Source of the DNA: Candidatus Aminicenantes bacterium | GTDB taxonomy: Bacteria > Acidobacteriota > Aminicenantia > Aminicenantales > Saccharicenantaceae | Length of the DNA: 64,000 nucleotides | Assembly (NCBI GenBank): GCA_963773685.1 | Contig: CAVZBY010000010.1 | Coordinates: forward strand, 32,129-96,128 | Reading direction: 5' to 3' | Shown here: piece by piece, positions 33,191 through 42,652 of the stretch | How positions within the stretch are numbered: position 1 is the stretch's first letter | Layout: each line of letters starts with the position of its first letter | Notes under the pieces: model-generated | What the model was told of the DNA's origin: nothing | Seen by the model: the letters and a program-made list of their open reading frames with translations, nothing else | Databases searched by the model: none | Translations under genes and position numbers: made by a program

Positions 33191-34744
33191 ATGCACCAGA
33201 CTTCGCCAACGGAAGCCTATATTGAAGAGATGTACGGGAAGCTGCTCGGCCGCAGGCCCGACAAAGAAGGACTCGACCACTACACCGGCATGCTGGCTCG
33301 GGGGGAGCTGACCCGCACTGAATTCGTTCACCATCTGAAGAATTCGACGGAGTACTGGCTGCGCCGTTTCCCCGGGGATATCCCGCGACGGGCCCAGGAG
33401 AATATAGCCCTGAACGACCGGGAGATCCGGGAAAAGAGGACCGTCCTGCAGTCCCGGCCCTTCATCTTCAACATCGACCTGATCGGGGTCTGCGATATGA
33501 ACCCGCCCTGCAGCATGTGCTTTAACTGGAAAGATGGCCGGAGCCCTCGCTTTCATAAAGGGCTGACGGTTGAAGACATCAAGCGCTTCGGCGAGCACCT
33601 CCAGCTGGCCCACGAGGTCATCAATTGCGGCATCGGAGAGCCCCTTCTCAACCGCGACCTGATCCCCATCCTGCGGCTTTTCCATGATTGGGGCAAACCC
33701 TTCGGTTTCAACTCCAACGGCCTCGCCCTCAGCCCGGCCCTGACCGAACGGATGGTCCCCTATTTCGAGATCCTCACCATCCTTTTTTCTCTAGACGCCG
33801 CCACGGCGGAAACCTACGCCAAGGTGCGGGGCCGCTTCTTCGACCGAGTGGTGGAGAACATCGCCCATTACAGCGCCAGACGGCGGGAAGTAGCGCCTGA
33901 CGGCCTTGCCTCCAAAACCGGCATCGTCTTCATGCCCATGCGCAGTAACCGCCGCGAAACGGCCGACTTCATCCGCTTGGGGGCCCGCCTGGGCGTCGAC
34001 GTCGTGGAGCTCCGGGCCCTGAACCGGATCGATGAGAACTGGGTCGTCCGTCGGGGCGATTTTACGTTCGACTACTTTCGGGAGATCCTCACCCCGGCCG
34101 AGCTCGAGGAGATCAGGCAGGAAGCGGCGGAAGTCGCCGCCGCGGAAGGGATCCGCCTGGATTGCCAGTATCAGGTCTCTCCGGAGAGCACGTTCGCCTT
34201 TTTCCTCCCGCCCCAGTACCGGGACCTGGGCATCCGCTGCGTCCTGCCCTGGCGTTTCATCCTGCCCTATCAGAACGGCAATACGATCCCCTGCTGCTTC
34301 ATTTCCGACGATCTCGGCGACTGGCGCAAGACCGGCCTGGAAAAGCTGTGGAACGGCCCCTTCATGCAGGACCTGCGCGGCCGGATGGCCACGGGGAGAC
34401 TGCCCGATGTCTGCCGCCGTTTCCCCTCCTGTCCGGTGGTGCAGGCCACGCTGTCCGAGGAACGCGGCCTCCATTCCGGATCCGCAGGCGCGCCGGACGC
34501 TCACCCCGCGCCGGACGTCCCGGAGACGATGCCGGCGCTGCGACTCAGGGCGCCGGAGAATCGGGCCTTCATGAAGCGTGCCGTCCAAGCGTTGAGGAAA
34601 CGCTTCAATCTGGAATTGCACCACAGCCTCGGCGAATGGCTCGCGCGGCAGGAAAAGGCCGATCGCGAGCTGGCCGAGGAGGTCCAACGCCTGCGGGCCG
34701 AGGTCTCCGAGCTCCACCGGGAGCGGGAGAAGCCCAAGGGCTGA
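33191..34744 (+). CDS. DUF4214-radical SAM-SPASM/Twitch protein with C-terminal coiled coil
   Basis: Y..LLGR.PD.EG...Y...L......S.EY (DUF4214); CDMNPPCSMC; GEPLL; SLDA..AETY.K.R; C.LPW...PCC...C..C. Confidence 0.85.
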   Translation: MHQTSPTEAYIEEMYGKLLGRRPDKEGLDHYTGMLARGELTRTEFVHHLKNSTEYWLRRFPGDIPRRAQENIALNDREIREKRTVLQSRPFIFNIDLIGVCDMNPPCSMCFNWKDGRSPRFHKGLTVEDIKRFGEHLQLAHEVINCGIGEPLLNRDLIPILRLFHDWGKPFGFNSNGLALSPALTERMVPYFEILTILFSLDAATAETYAKVRGRFFDRVVENIAHYSARRREVAPDGLASKTGIVFMPMRSNRRETADFIRLGARLGVDVVELRALNRIDENWVVRRGDFTFDYFREILTPAELEEIRQEAAEVAAAEGIRLDCQYQVSPESTFAFFLPPQYRDLGIRCVLPWRFILPYQNGNTIPCCFISDDLGDWRKTGLEKLWNGPFMQDLRGRMATGRLPDVCRRFPSCPVVQATLSEERGLHSGSAGAPDAHPAPDVPETMPALRLRAPENRAFMKRAVQALRKRFNLELHHSLGEWLARQEKADRELAEEVQRLRAEVSELHREREKPKG

Positions 34745-34748
34745 GCGA

Positions 34749-34777
34749 TTGACTTTCCCCAGGGCCTCTCCTACAAT
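34749..34777 (+). promoter_or_regulatory. Sigma70 promoter (leaderless type)
   Basis: TTGACT-17 nt-TACAAT, ATG 6 nt downstream. Confidence 0.75.
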
Positions 34778-34783
34778 CAGGCC

Positions 34784-35080
34784 ATGGAACGCGAGGAGAT
34801 GCTCGCCCGCATAGCCGCGATCAAGACCGAAGTCGACGCCGCCAACGTCGATATCATCCGCCGCCTGATCGCCGAACGCCGCATCCACATGCAGACGTCG
34901 CACCGCGCTTCCCTCCCGGGAAGACTGATCAATAGCCTTCGACGGAAGCTCCTTTTCGAGGTGGAGCGGGGGTTCGAGCCCGTGTTCGAGCGGCAGCGCG
35001 AGATCGACCTGCGCCTGCTCAAGGAGATCGAAGCCCTCAAGGCGGCGCTGGAGCAAAAGGGGCATGGCGCCGGCGGCTGA
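34784..35080 (+). CDS. Small coiled-coil protein (98 aa)
   Basis: ORF at the predicted +1; SHR...GR....LRRKL..EV....P.FERQ...D motif. Confidence 0.75.
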   Translation: MEREEMLARIAAIKTEVDAANVDIIRRLIAERRIHMQTSHRASLPGRLINSLRRKLLFEVERGFEPVFERQREIDLRLLKEIEALKAALEQKGHGAGG

Positions 35081-36153
35081 GGCCGGGGGCGTCGCGGGCC
35101 GCTCCCTGACCATCGTCGTCTGCGCTCCCCAGGTTCCGTTCGTCAGAGGCGGCGCGGAGGAGCACGTGGACTCCCTTTGCCGGGAGCTGCGCGCCCGGGG
35201 CCATCGGGCGGAGCTCGTCACGCTCCCTTACAAATGGTATCCCCGGGCCCAGCTGTGGCGCAGCATGGAGATGTGGGAGCTGGCCGACCTGGGCGAAGCG
35301 AACGGGCTCAAGATCGACCTGGTCATCGCCACCAAGTTCCCGTCCTATTTCGTCCGTCACAGCCGCCAGGTCCTCTGGCTGATCCATCAGTACCGCCAGC
35401 TCTATGACCTCTACGGCACGGCATATTCGGATCACAGCCCGGACCGATGGCGCGACCGCCGGCTCCACCGCCGGTTCGTGGCCCGCGACACCGCCGCCCT
35501 GGCCCGTTATGCCCGGCGTTTCACCAATTCGAACAACACCCGGGAGCGGATGTCCCGATACAACGGGCTGGACGCCGAGACCCTCTATCATCCTCCCAAG
35601 CTGGCCGGACGGCTGCAGGGCCTGGAATACGGCGATTACGTTCTTTCGGTCGGCCGTTTGGAAACGTTGAAGAGAACGGAAGGCCTGATCCGCGCCCTGG
35701 CGCTGACGGAGACGCCGGTCCGAGCGGTGGTCGCCGGCACGGGGCCCGAGGAGGGCCGGCTTCGGCAGCTCGCCCGGGACCTGGGGCTGGCGTCGCGGGT
35801 CGAGTTCGCGGGATATGTGGACGACGACCGGCTTATCGATCTTTACGGCCGCTGTCTGGGCGTCTTTTTCGCTCCGGTCGATGAAGATTACGGGTATATC
35901 ACGCTGGAGGCTTTCCTGGCCGCCAAGCCGGTCCTGACCTGCAGGGACTCGGGCGGTCCGATGGAATTCGTGGTTCACGAACAAAAGCGGGTTCATCCTG
36001 CCGCCCGAGGATTGGACGGCGGCGGCGTCCGCCATCGACCGGCTCTTCCGCGACCGGGCGCTCTGCCGGAGCCTCGGCGAGGCCGGCCGGGAGGCGGTGC
36101 GCTCCATCACCTGGGACCATGCGATCTCCCGACTGCTGGAGGGAGCCGGTTGA
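35064..36153 (+). CDS. Glycosyltransferase family 4, frameshift near 35985
   Basis: PFVRGGAE, IATKFPSY, VGRLE..KR, EDYGYITLEA; C-terminus ...ITWDHAISRLLEGAG* in the shifted frame. Confidence 0.85.
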
Positions 36154-37352
36154 AGATCGCCTGGTTCAGCCCGCTTTCCCCCGTGCCGAGCGGCATCGCC
36201 GATTACAGCGAGGAATTGCTGCCGAGCCTCGCCCGCCATGCGGCCATCGACATCTATATCGATCCGTCCTACGCCCCGAGCAACGCCGGGATCGCCCGCG
36301 CTTTCACCGTCCGGCCGTTCGATCCGGAGACGTTCCGGGCCGGGGATTACGATCACATCGTGTACCATATGGGCAACGATTTCACGGCCCACCGCTATAT
36401 CCATGACGCCATGCGGCGCTTCCCCGGCGTGATGGTCCTTCACGATCTCGTGCTCATGGGCTTTTACGCCGCTCGTCAGGGCGCCGGCAAGGACTTCGCC
36501 GGCTTTATCCGCTTCCTTCAGCGATTCTACCCTGATAAAGCGTCCTGGATCGAAGAGGAGTATGCCGGCCGCTACCCCTTTCCGCTCTGGGAGAGAGAAT
36601 CGGCCCTGCAGATGCCGATGAACGAAGAGGTCTGCCGTCTGGCCGCCGGAGTCATCACCCATTCCCAATATGTCCTGGCGCGGCTCGACCTGCAGGCCGG
36701 AAAACCCGCCGCCGTCATTCCCCACCACGGGCACCCCACCCATCCCTTCGATCGGGAGGCGATCCGCGCCGGGCTCGGCGTGAAGCCCGGCCAGGTTCTC
36801 CTCATTTCCACCGGCTACGTCACCCGCAATAAGCGCTACCACGTGGTGCTGGAAGTCCTGGAGGAGCTGGGCCGGCCCGACCTGCGCTACCTGATCGTCG
36901 GGCGCGACGGCGAAGGCCTTTTGAAGCAGATGCGGATCGCCGGCCGGCCCGACGTGCAGACCCGGGGATTCGTTCCCCTCGCCGAGATGGAACAGCTGAT
37001 CGCCGCCGCCGATATCGGCATCAATCTGCGCAGCCCGACCATGGGCGAAAGCTCCGGTTCCCTCATGCGTATGATGAGCTACGGATTGCCGGTCGTCGTG
37101 AGCGACTGCGGATCGTACCGCGAGATCCCCGATCATTGCGCCGTCAAGATCGATACGGGGATCGACGAAAAGGAAGAGCTCAAAGCCTTCATCGCCGCCC
37201 TGGCCGACAGCCCCGACCTGCGGGCGGCCCTGGGCCGCGAGGCGGCGCGTTACGCCGGCGAAACGTGCGGCATCGACCGTTGCGCCGATCTGTACGCGGC
37301 GTTTCTGCGCGACATGCGAGCGGAGCGCCCGGCGCGGAGGGAACCCCGATGA
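36150..37352 (+). CDS. Glycosyltransferase family 4
   Basis: TTG start; KIAWFSPL.P..SGIADYS, YHMGN, VLHD, NLRSPTMGESSG. Confidence 0.85.
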   Translation: MKIAWFSPLSPVPSGIADYSEELLPSLARHAAIDIYIDPSYAPSNAGIARAFTVRPFDPETFRAGDYDHIVYHMGNDFTAHRYIHDAMRRFPGVMVLHDLVLMGFYAARQGAGKDFAGFIRFLQRFYPDKASWIEEEYAGRYPFPLWERESALQMPMNEEVCRLAAGVITHSQYVLARLDLQAGKPAAVIPHHGHPTHPFDREAIRAGLGVKPGQVLLISTGYVTRNKRYHVVLEVLEELGRPDLRYLIVGRDGEGLLKQMRIAGRPDVQTRGFVPLAEMEQLIAAADIGINLRSPTMGESSGSLMRMMSYGLPVVVSDCGSYREIPDHCAVKIDTGIDEKEELKAFIAALADSPDLRAALGREAARYAGETCGIDRCADLYAAFLRDMRAERPARREPR

Positions 37353-37864
37353 GCGAGACGGACCGGAACAAAGCGGACATCGACGGGATGCTGAAAGGAC
37401 TGCGCCGGGAATTCGCCCTCCGGGCGGAAGGGGCCGCAACGGTCGAAGCCGTCGCCGGCGGCCCGGTGGACCACGATATTCCGCAGGACTACTGGCACTT
37501 CACCGATGAAGAATTGGAGAACGAGCTGTGGAGCCGCGTCCTCGAGCTGGATAGGGCGACGAGCGACCCGGCTCGGGCCACGGATATTCCGCCCGGCGGC
37601 CTTTCGCCGGCAAAACCCGGCCTATCCGGAAGGATCAGAGGCGGATTCAAGAAGCTTTTACTGCCGCTGGTCCGGCATGCGCTGGCGAGGCAGGACCGCC
37701 TGAACCGCCAGTTCGAACACGCGCAATTCATCCAGTTCCTGGTGGTCAGACAGCTCCGTCAGCGCCTGCAGAAGCTGGAACGCGAGAACCGCGAGCTGGG
37801 CCTCCGGCTGGCCGAGCGGGAGATCGAAAAGGCCCCCGGCGGAGAGACCTCCGGCCATGAGTGA
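37349..37864 (+). CDS. Hypothetical coiled-coil protein
   Basis: ATGA overlap with the upstream GT; GR....FKKLLLPLVRHALARQ...N motif followed by heptad repeats. Confidence 0.7.
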   Translation: MSETDRNKADIDGMLKGLRREFALRAEGAATVEAVAGGPVDHDIPQDYWHFTDEELENELWSRVLELDRATSDPARATDIPPGGLSPAKPGLSGRIRGGFKKLLLPLVRHALARQDRLNRQFEHAQFIQFLVVRQLRQRLQKLERENRELGLRLAEREIEKAPGGETSGHE

Positions 37865-39248
37865 GCCGCCCCTGGCCGAACGGCCGGCCGGGAAAGCGCC
37901 CGCGGGGCCGGCTTGGGAAAACGCCTTTCTGAAGCGGATCGCCGCGCTCAAGCAGGCGGGCACCCGGGAATACGCGCGCGACATGGCTGATCTCCTGCAC
38001 GGTTCGGCGGCGGACCCCGCCCTGTTGGGGAGGGTGGGCGCCGTCATCGCCGACAGGGCCGGCCTTCGCACGGCCATCAACGCCATCGATCTCTGCCAGC
38101 TGATGCTGGGCCTGAGAAAGCCGCGCATCGCCATCTACGACCATACATGGCCGTTCATCGGCGGGGCGCAGAAATACGGCGCCACGATGGCCGAGGCCTT
38201 GCGGGATCTGGGTGAGATCACCTTGATCGGGAACCGCCCCTTCTCCACCGGACAGCTGTCGGCCTGGTACGGCCTGGATCTCGCGGATTGCTCCACCCGC
38301 CTGATTCCGCTTCCCTTTTTCGAGGAAAAGGGCGGAGATTCCATCGATCCCGGAGAGATCATCTCGCGCGACATGGCCAACCCGTTCCATGCCGTCAGCC
38401 GGGCGACCCTGGACTACGACCTCTTCATCAACAACGGCATGCTGGAAATGGTCCTGCCCCTGTCCTATCGGTCCGTATTCATCACCCACTTCCCGGAACG
38501 ACGGGCGCGCAGCTATTTCTACGTGGACCGCTACGACCGCTTGGTCTGCAACAGCCGCTATACGGCCGGATGGATCGAAAAGCGTTGGGGGCTCGAACCC
38601 CACGTTCAGATCTATCCCCCCGTCGACATGCCGGGACCGCGCCCCGAAAACAAGGAGCCAATCATCCTGTCGGTGGCGCGCTTCGACCCCGGGGGGAACA
38701 AGCAACAGCTCGACATGGTCCGCGTTTTCCAGACGCTCGTCCGCCGTCACCCCAGGGCCAGCCGCGGCTGGCGCCTGATCCTTGCCGGCGGCAGTCATGG
38801 CGATAACCCTTATCTCCGCCAGGTGCGGCAATTTCTGACGGACAACCCGGGCCTCCCGGTCGAGCTGAAGGTGAACATCACGGCGGCCGAGCTCCGGGAG
38901 CTCTATCGCCGCGCCTCCCTGTTCTGGCATTTCTGCGGTCTCGGACAGACCGATCCGGCCCTTGTGGAGCATTTCGGCATGACCGTGGCCGAGGCCATGC
39001 AGAGCGGATGTATCCCCCTGGTCTTCGACGGCGGCGGCATGCGCGAGATCGTCCGGTCCGGGGAGAACGGCTATCTCTTCTCCAACCTCGTCGAGCTGGC
39101 CGGCACGATCGTCAGGCTGTTCGACGAACCCGCGTTGCGCGCCGGCCTGGCCGAGGCGGCCTGGAGCGCCGGACGGAGTTTCGCCAAAGAGATCTTCGCC
39201 GGCCGCGTGCGGACCCTGGCCCGGGAGCTGTTGGCCCCGGCCCCATGA
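37857..39248 (+). CDS. Glycosyltransferase family 4
   Basis: GGAQKY, CNSRYT, IYPPVD, ILSVARF, EHFGMTVAEAM. Confidence 0.9.
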   Translation: MSEPPLAERPAGKAPAGPAWENAFLKRIAALKQAGTREYARDMADLLHGSAADPALLGRVGAVIADRAGLRTAINAIDLCQLMLGLRKPRIAIYDHTWPFIGGAQKYGATMAEALRDLGEITLIGNRPFSTGQLSAWYGLDLADCSTRLIPLPFFEEKGGDSIDPGEIISRDMANPFHAVSRATLDYDLFINNGMLEMVLPLSYRSVFITHFPERRARSYFYVDRYDRLVCNSRYTAGWIEKRWGLEPHVQIYPPVDMPGPRPENKEPIILSVARFDPGGNKQQLDMVRVFQTLVRRHPRASRGWRLILAGGSHGDNPYLRQVRQFLTDNPGLPVELKVNITAAELRELYRRASLFWHFCGLGQTDPALVEHFGMTVAEAMQSGCIPLVFDGGGMREIVRSGENGYLFSNLVELAGTIVRLFDEPALRAGLAEAAWSAGRSFAKEIFAGRVRTLARELLAPAP

Positions 39249-39280
39249 TTTCGCCCCGGCTTATTTCGGAGCTTTGTCGA

Positions 39281-39334
39281 TCCTCGCCCGTCTTGCCCGT
39301 CTCGCTTGTCCCGCCTGCCTCGCTTGTCTCGCTT
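39281..39334 (+). repeat. Tandem degenerate 9-bp repeats, GTCTCGCYY x6
   Basis: TCCTCGCCC GTCTTGCCC GTCTCGCTT GTCCCGCCT GCCTCGCTT GTCTCGCTT. Confidence 0.8.
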
Positions 39335-39368
39335 TCAATTATGGGCCCTTTGTGTTATATTTCCTAAG

Positions 39369-40337
39369 ATGAACATAACAGGACGGATAGAGATTTCTCT
39401 GGTCATCCCCGTCTTCAACGAGGAGGAGAGCCTCCCCGAGCTCTATCAGCAGCTCGGCCGGGCCTGCCCCGGACTGGGGAGGCCCTACGAGATCATCTTC
39501 GTCGACGACGGAAGCACGGACGGCTCGTTCGAGACCCTGAAGCGCCTCCGGGCGGGCGACCCGAGGGTCCGCATCGTCCGCTTCCGGAGGAACTTCGGCC
39601 AGACGGCCGCCCTGGCCGCGGGGTTCGATCTCGCCCGGGGGGACGTCATCGTCACCCTGGACGCCGACCTCCAGAACGATCCGGCGGACATCGCCGCCCT
39701 GCTCACCAAGATCGACGCCGGATACGACATCGTTTCGGGCTGGAGGAAGGATCGGAAAGACCGGTTCCTGTCGCGCCGGCTCCCGTCCATCATGGCGAAC
39801 GGGCTCATCTCCCGCTTCACGGGGGTCAAGCTCCACGACTACGGCTGTACGCTCAAGGCCTTCCGCCGGGAGGTCATCAAGAGCATCAACCTCTACGGCG
39901 AGCTCCACCGGTTCATTCCCGCCATCGCCAGCACCATGGGCGTTTCGATCGCCGAGATCGAGGTCCGTCACCGCCCCCGCACGAAGGGCAAGTCCAAGTA
40001 CAACATCCTGAGGACCCCCAAGGTCCTCCTCGACCTCCTGACGGTCAAGTTCCTCCTGAGCTATTCGACCCGCCCCCTGCAGATCTTCGGCCTGTTCGGC
40101 ATGGCCGGCGGGCTGGCCGGCCTCCTGATCGGACTGTGGCTGTCGTACGAGCGGCTTGTCCTCAAGCACAGCATCGCCAACCGTCCCCTGCTCCTCCTGG
40201 CCGTCCTGCTCGTCGTCATCGGCATCCAGTTCATCACCCTCGGCCTCCTGGCCGAGATCATGGTCCGCGCCTACCACGAATCCTCCGCCAAGAAGATCTA
40301 CCACATCAAGGAAACCATCGACTCCGACCGGCCATGA
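39369..40337 (+). CDS. GT2 polyprenyl-phosphate glycosyltransferase (ArnC/GtrB-like)
   Basis: VIPVFNEEE, VDDGS.D, RNFGQTAA, LDADLQND, HDYGC; two C-terminal TM segments. Confidence 0.9.
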   Translation: MNITGRIEISLVIPVFNEEESLPELYQQLGRACPGLGRPYEIIFVDDGSTDGSFETLKRLRAGDPRVRIVRFRRNFGQTAALAAGFDLARGDVIVTLDADLQNDPADIAALLTKIDAGYDIVSGWRKDRKDRFLSRRLPSIMANGLISRFTGVKLHDYGCTLKAFRREVIKSINLYGELHRFIPAIASTMGVSIAEIEVRHRPRTKGKSKYNILRTPKVLLDLLTVKFLLSYSTRPLQIFGLFGMAGGLAGLLIGLWLSYERLVLKHSIANRPLLLLAVLLVVIGIQFITLGLLAEIMVRAYHESSAKKIYHIKETIDSDRP

Positions 40338-41500
40338 AGATCCTCATGCTCGCCCCCGAGCCGTTCTTCCAGCCTCGGGGGACCCCCATCAGCGTCTACT
40401 TCCGGGCCCAGGCGCTCACGGCCCTCGGCCACGAGGTCGACCTCGTCACCTACCCGCTGGGCGAGGACGTCCGGATGGACGGGCTGAGGATCTTCCGCCT
40501 GCCGAACTTCCTCGGCCTCAGGAAGATCAAGATCGGTCCCTCGGCCGCCAAGGTCCCGCTCGACGCGGCGCTCGCCCTGAAGGCGCTGGGCCGCGTCCTC
40601 CGCAACCGCTACGACCTCGTCCACTCCCACGAGGAAGCGGACCTCATCGGCGTCCTCCTGAGCCGGCTCGCCCGAGCGCCCCACGTGTACGACATGCATT
40701 CGAGCCTGCCGCAACAGCTCGAGAACTTCGAGTTCACGCGGTCGCCCCTTCTCAAGCGGCTCTTCGCCCGGATGGAGCGATTCGTCCTCAGGAATTCGCA
40801 CGCCATCATCGTCATCTGCCCCGATCTCATGGACAGGGTGCGGGCCGAGGGTTTCGGGGAAAAGGCCGTTCTCATCGAGAATGTCCTCGATTTTCCCGCC
40901 CCGGAGACCGGCCCGGGCGAGATCGAGCGGATGAAGCTCGAGCTGGCCCCGGGCGGCGAGAAGATCATCCTTTACGCCGGGAACTTCGGGCCGTATCAGG
41001 GCGTATCCCTCCTCGTCGAAGCCGCCGCCCGTCTCCGGGAGAAGGCGGTCCTCGTTCTTCTCGGCGGAAGCCCGGGGGACCGGGCCTGTCTCGAAGCTCA
41101 GGCCGCCGGGCTCGGCCTCACGGGGAGGATCGTCGTCCTGGACAGGGTCGCCCCCACGCGGGTCCCGCTGTTCGTGCAGGCCGCCGACGTCCTGGTTTCG
41201 CCCCGGATGTCCGGGACGAACACGCCCCTGAAGATCTATTCGTTCCTGAAGTCGGGGAAGCCCCTCGTCGCGACGCGCCTCTATACCCACACCCAGGTTC
41301 TCAACGACGCCATCTCCATCCTGGTCGAACCGACGCCGGAGGCTATGGCTGCCGGCCTGGACTTCGCTCTCAAGGACCCGGAAGCGAAGAAGCGGGCCGC
41401 GGCCGCCGCGGCGCTCGCGGCGAGGGAATATACGTTCGAGGCCTATCGGGACAGGATCGTCCGCTGTCTCGGGATGGCCGTGAAGAATTTCGGAGGATAG
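40334..41500 (+). CDS. Glycosyltransferase family 4
   Basis: MKILMLAPEPFFQPRGTP, HSHEE, YDMHSSL, ADVLVSPR..GTNTPLKIYS. Confidence 0.85.
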   Translation: MKILMLAPEPFFQPRGTPISVYFRAQALTALGHEVDLVTYPLGEDVRMDGLRIFRLPNFLGLRKIKIGPSAAKVPLDAALALKALGRVLRNRYDLVHSHEEADLIGVLLSRLARAPHVYDMHSSLPQQLENFEFTRSPLLKRLFARMERFVLRNSHAIIVICPDLMDRVRAEGFGEKAVLIENVLDFPAPETGPGEIERMKLELAPGGEKIILYAGNFGPYQGVSLLVEAAARLREKAVLVLLGGSPGDRACLEAQAAGLGLTGRIVVLDRVAPTRVPLFVQAADVLVSPRMSGTNTPLKIYSFLKSGKPLVATRLYTHTQVLNDAISILVEPTPEAMAAGLDFALKDPEAKKRAAAAAALAAREYTFEAYRDRIVRCLGMAVKNFGG

Positions 41501-41510
41501 GAGCCTTCGG

Positions 41511-42479
41511 ATGCAGGCGTTCGTCACGGGCGCGTCCGGATTCATCGGGACCCATCTCGTCCGCCGCCTGTCGGCGGACGGCTGGAAGGTCCTCGCGCTT
41601 GACCTCAAAACCCCGATCGCTCCCTCGCCCGGCATCGAAGTCATCCGCGGCGACATCCGGGACCCCGGCCCCTGGAAGAAGGCCCTCGAGGGGACGAACG
41701 TCCTCTTTCATCTGGCCGCCGCCCTCGGCGCCTCCCGCCTCTCGGGGGACGCTTTCCTGGAGATCAATGCCGGGGGAACGGGAGCCCTACTCGGAGCGGC
41801 TCGCGAAGCCGGCGTCGGGAAGACGGTTCACGTCAGCTCGGCAGGCGTCATCGGCGCGGTCAGGCCCGGCGCGACCGCCGACGAAGAGACCCCCCCGAAT
41901 CCACAAAATGCCTATGACCGGAGCAAGCTCGAAGCGGAGCGCATCGCTCTCGAGTTCGCGAGGCGCGGGAGCGAGATCGTCGTCGTGAGGCCCGGATGGG
42001 CCTATGGGCCCGGTGACCGGCGGACGCTCAAGGTCATCAAGGCCGTCAACGATCGCCGGTTCGCCCTCGTCGCACCCGACCGGGGACGGCAGACGCCGGT
42101 CTTCGTCGACGACCTGGTCGACGGCTTCCGGCTCGCCGCCGAAAAGGGACGACGCGGAGAGATCTATCATCTGACCGGAGACGAGGTCCTCACGGTCCGC
42201 CGCATGGCCGCGATCCTCGCGGAAGCCTGCGGTGTTCCCGCGCCGCGATTGCGTATCCCCGTCCCAGCGGCGAAGCTCGCCGCCTGGGCGCTCGAAAAGG
42301 CCTTCGCGCCGTTCGGCAGGGAGGCTCCGCTCAACCGGTCCAGGCTCGCCTTCTTCCTCGACGCCAAACCGCTTTCGAACGCCAAGGCGCGGCGCGACCT
42401 CGGCTTCAGGCCGGCGGTCGATTTCCGGACGGGGGCGGCCCGGGCGGTCGCCTGGTACCGGGAACAGGGCTGGCTATAA
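41511..42479 (+). CDS. NAD-dependent epimerase/dehydratase (extended SDR)
   Basis: TGASGFIG, HLAA, YDRSK, RPG..YGPGD. Confidence 0.9.
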   Translation: MQAFVTGASGFIGTHLVRRLSADGWKVLALDLKTPIAPSPGIEVIRGDIRDPGPWKKALEGTNVLFHLAAALGASRLSGDAFLEINAGGTGALLGAAREAGVGKTVHVSSAGVIGAVRPGATADEETPPNPQNAYDRSKLEAERIALEFARRGSEIVVVRPGWAYGPGDRRTLKVIKAVNDRRFALVAPDRGRQTPVFVDDLVDGFRLAAEKGRRGEIYHLTGDEVLTVRRMAAILAEACGVPAPRLRIPVPAAKLAAWALEKAFAPFGREAPLNRSRLAFFLDAKPLSNAKARRDLGFRPAVDFRTGAARAVAWYREQGWL

Positions 42480-42572
42480 ACCGACGCGGTCCCGTCTCTT
42501 CAGCTTCGTCACCGAAAGAACAGCCAGGAGCAGACCCGCGAGACCGAGGAAGATCACTAACGGCTTTTTCAT
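42474..42572 (-). CDS. Unannotated 32-aa single-TM peptide MKKPLVIFLGLAGLLLAVLSVTKLKRRDRVGL
   Basis: Hydrophobic core with basic flanks; TTGACA upstream at 42633-42638; alternative start at 42584. Confidence 0.45.
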   Translation of the reverse strand: MKKPLVIFLGLAGLLLAVLSVTKLKRRDRVGL

Positions 42573-42652
42573 CTGAATACTCATCCCATCAACCGGATCG
42601 AACGGAATATAATTAGCACAGCGGGTTTCGGGCTGTCAAATCGGCGGGAACA

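Noticed and set aside
35064-37352. 762-aa double-GT4 fusion in the ORF track
   Set aside because: A frameshift near 35985 bypasses the real stop at 36151-36153, which overlaps the TTG start of the second GT; the linker reads as off-frame sequence.
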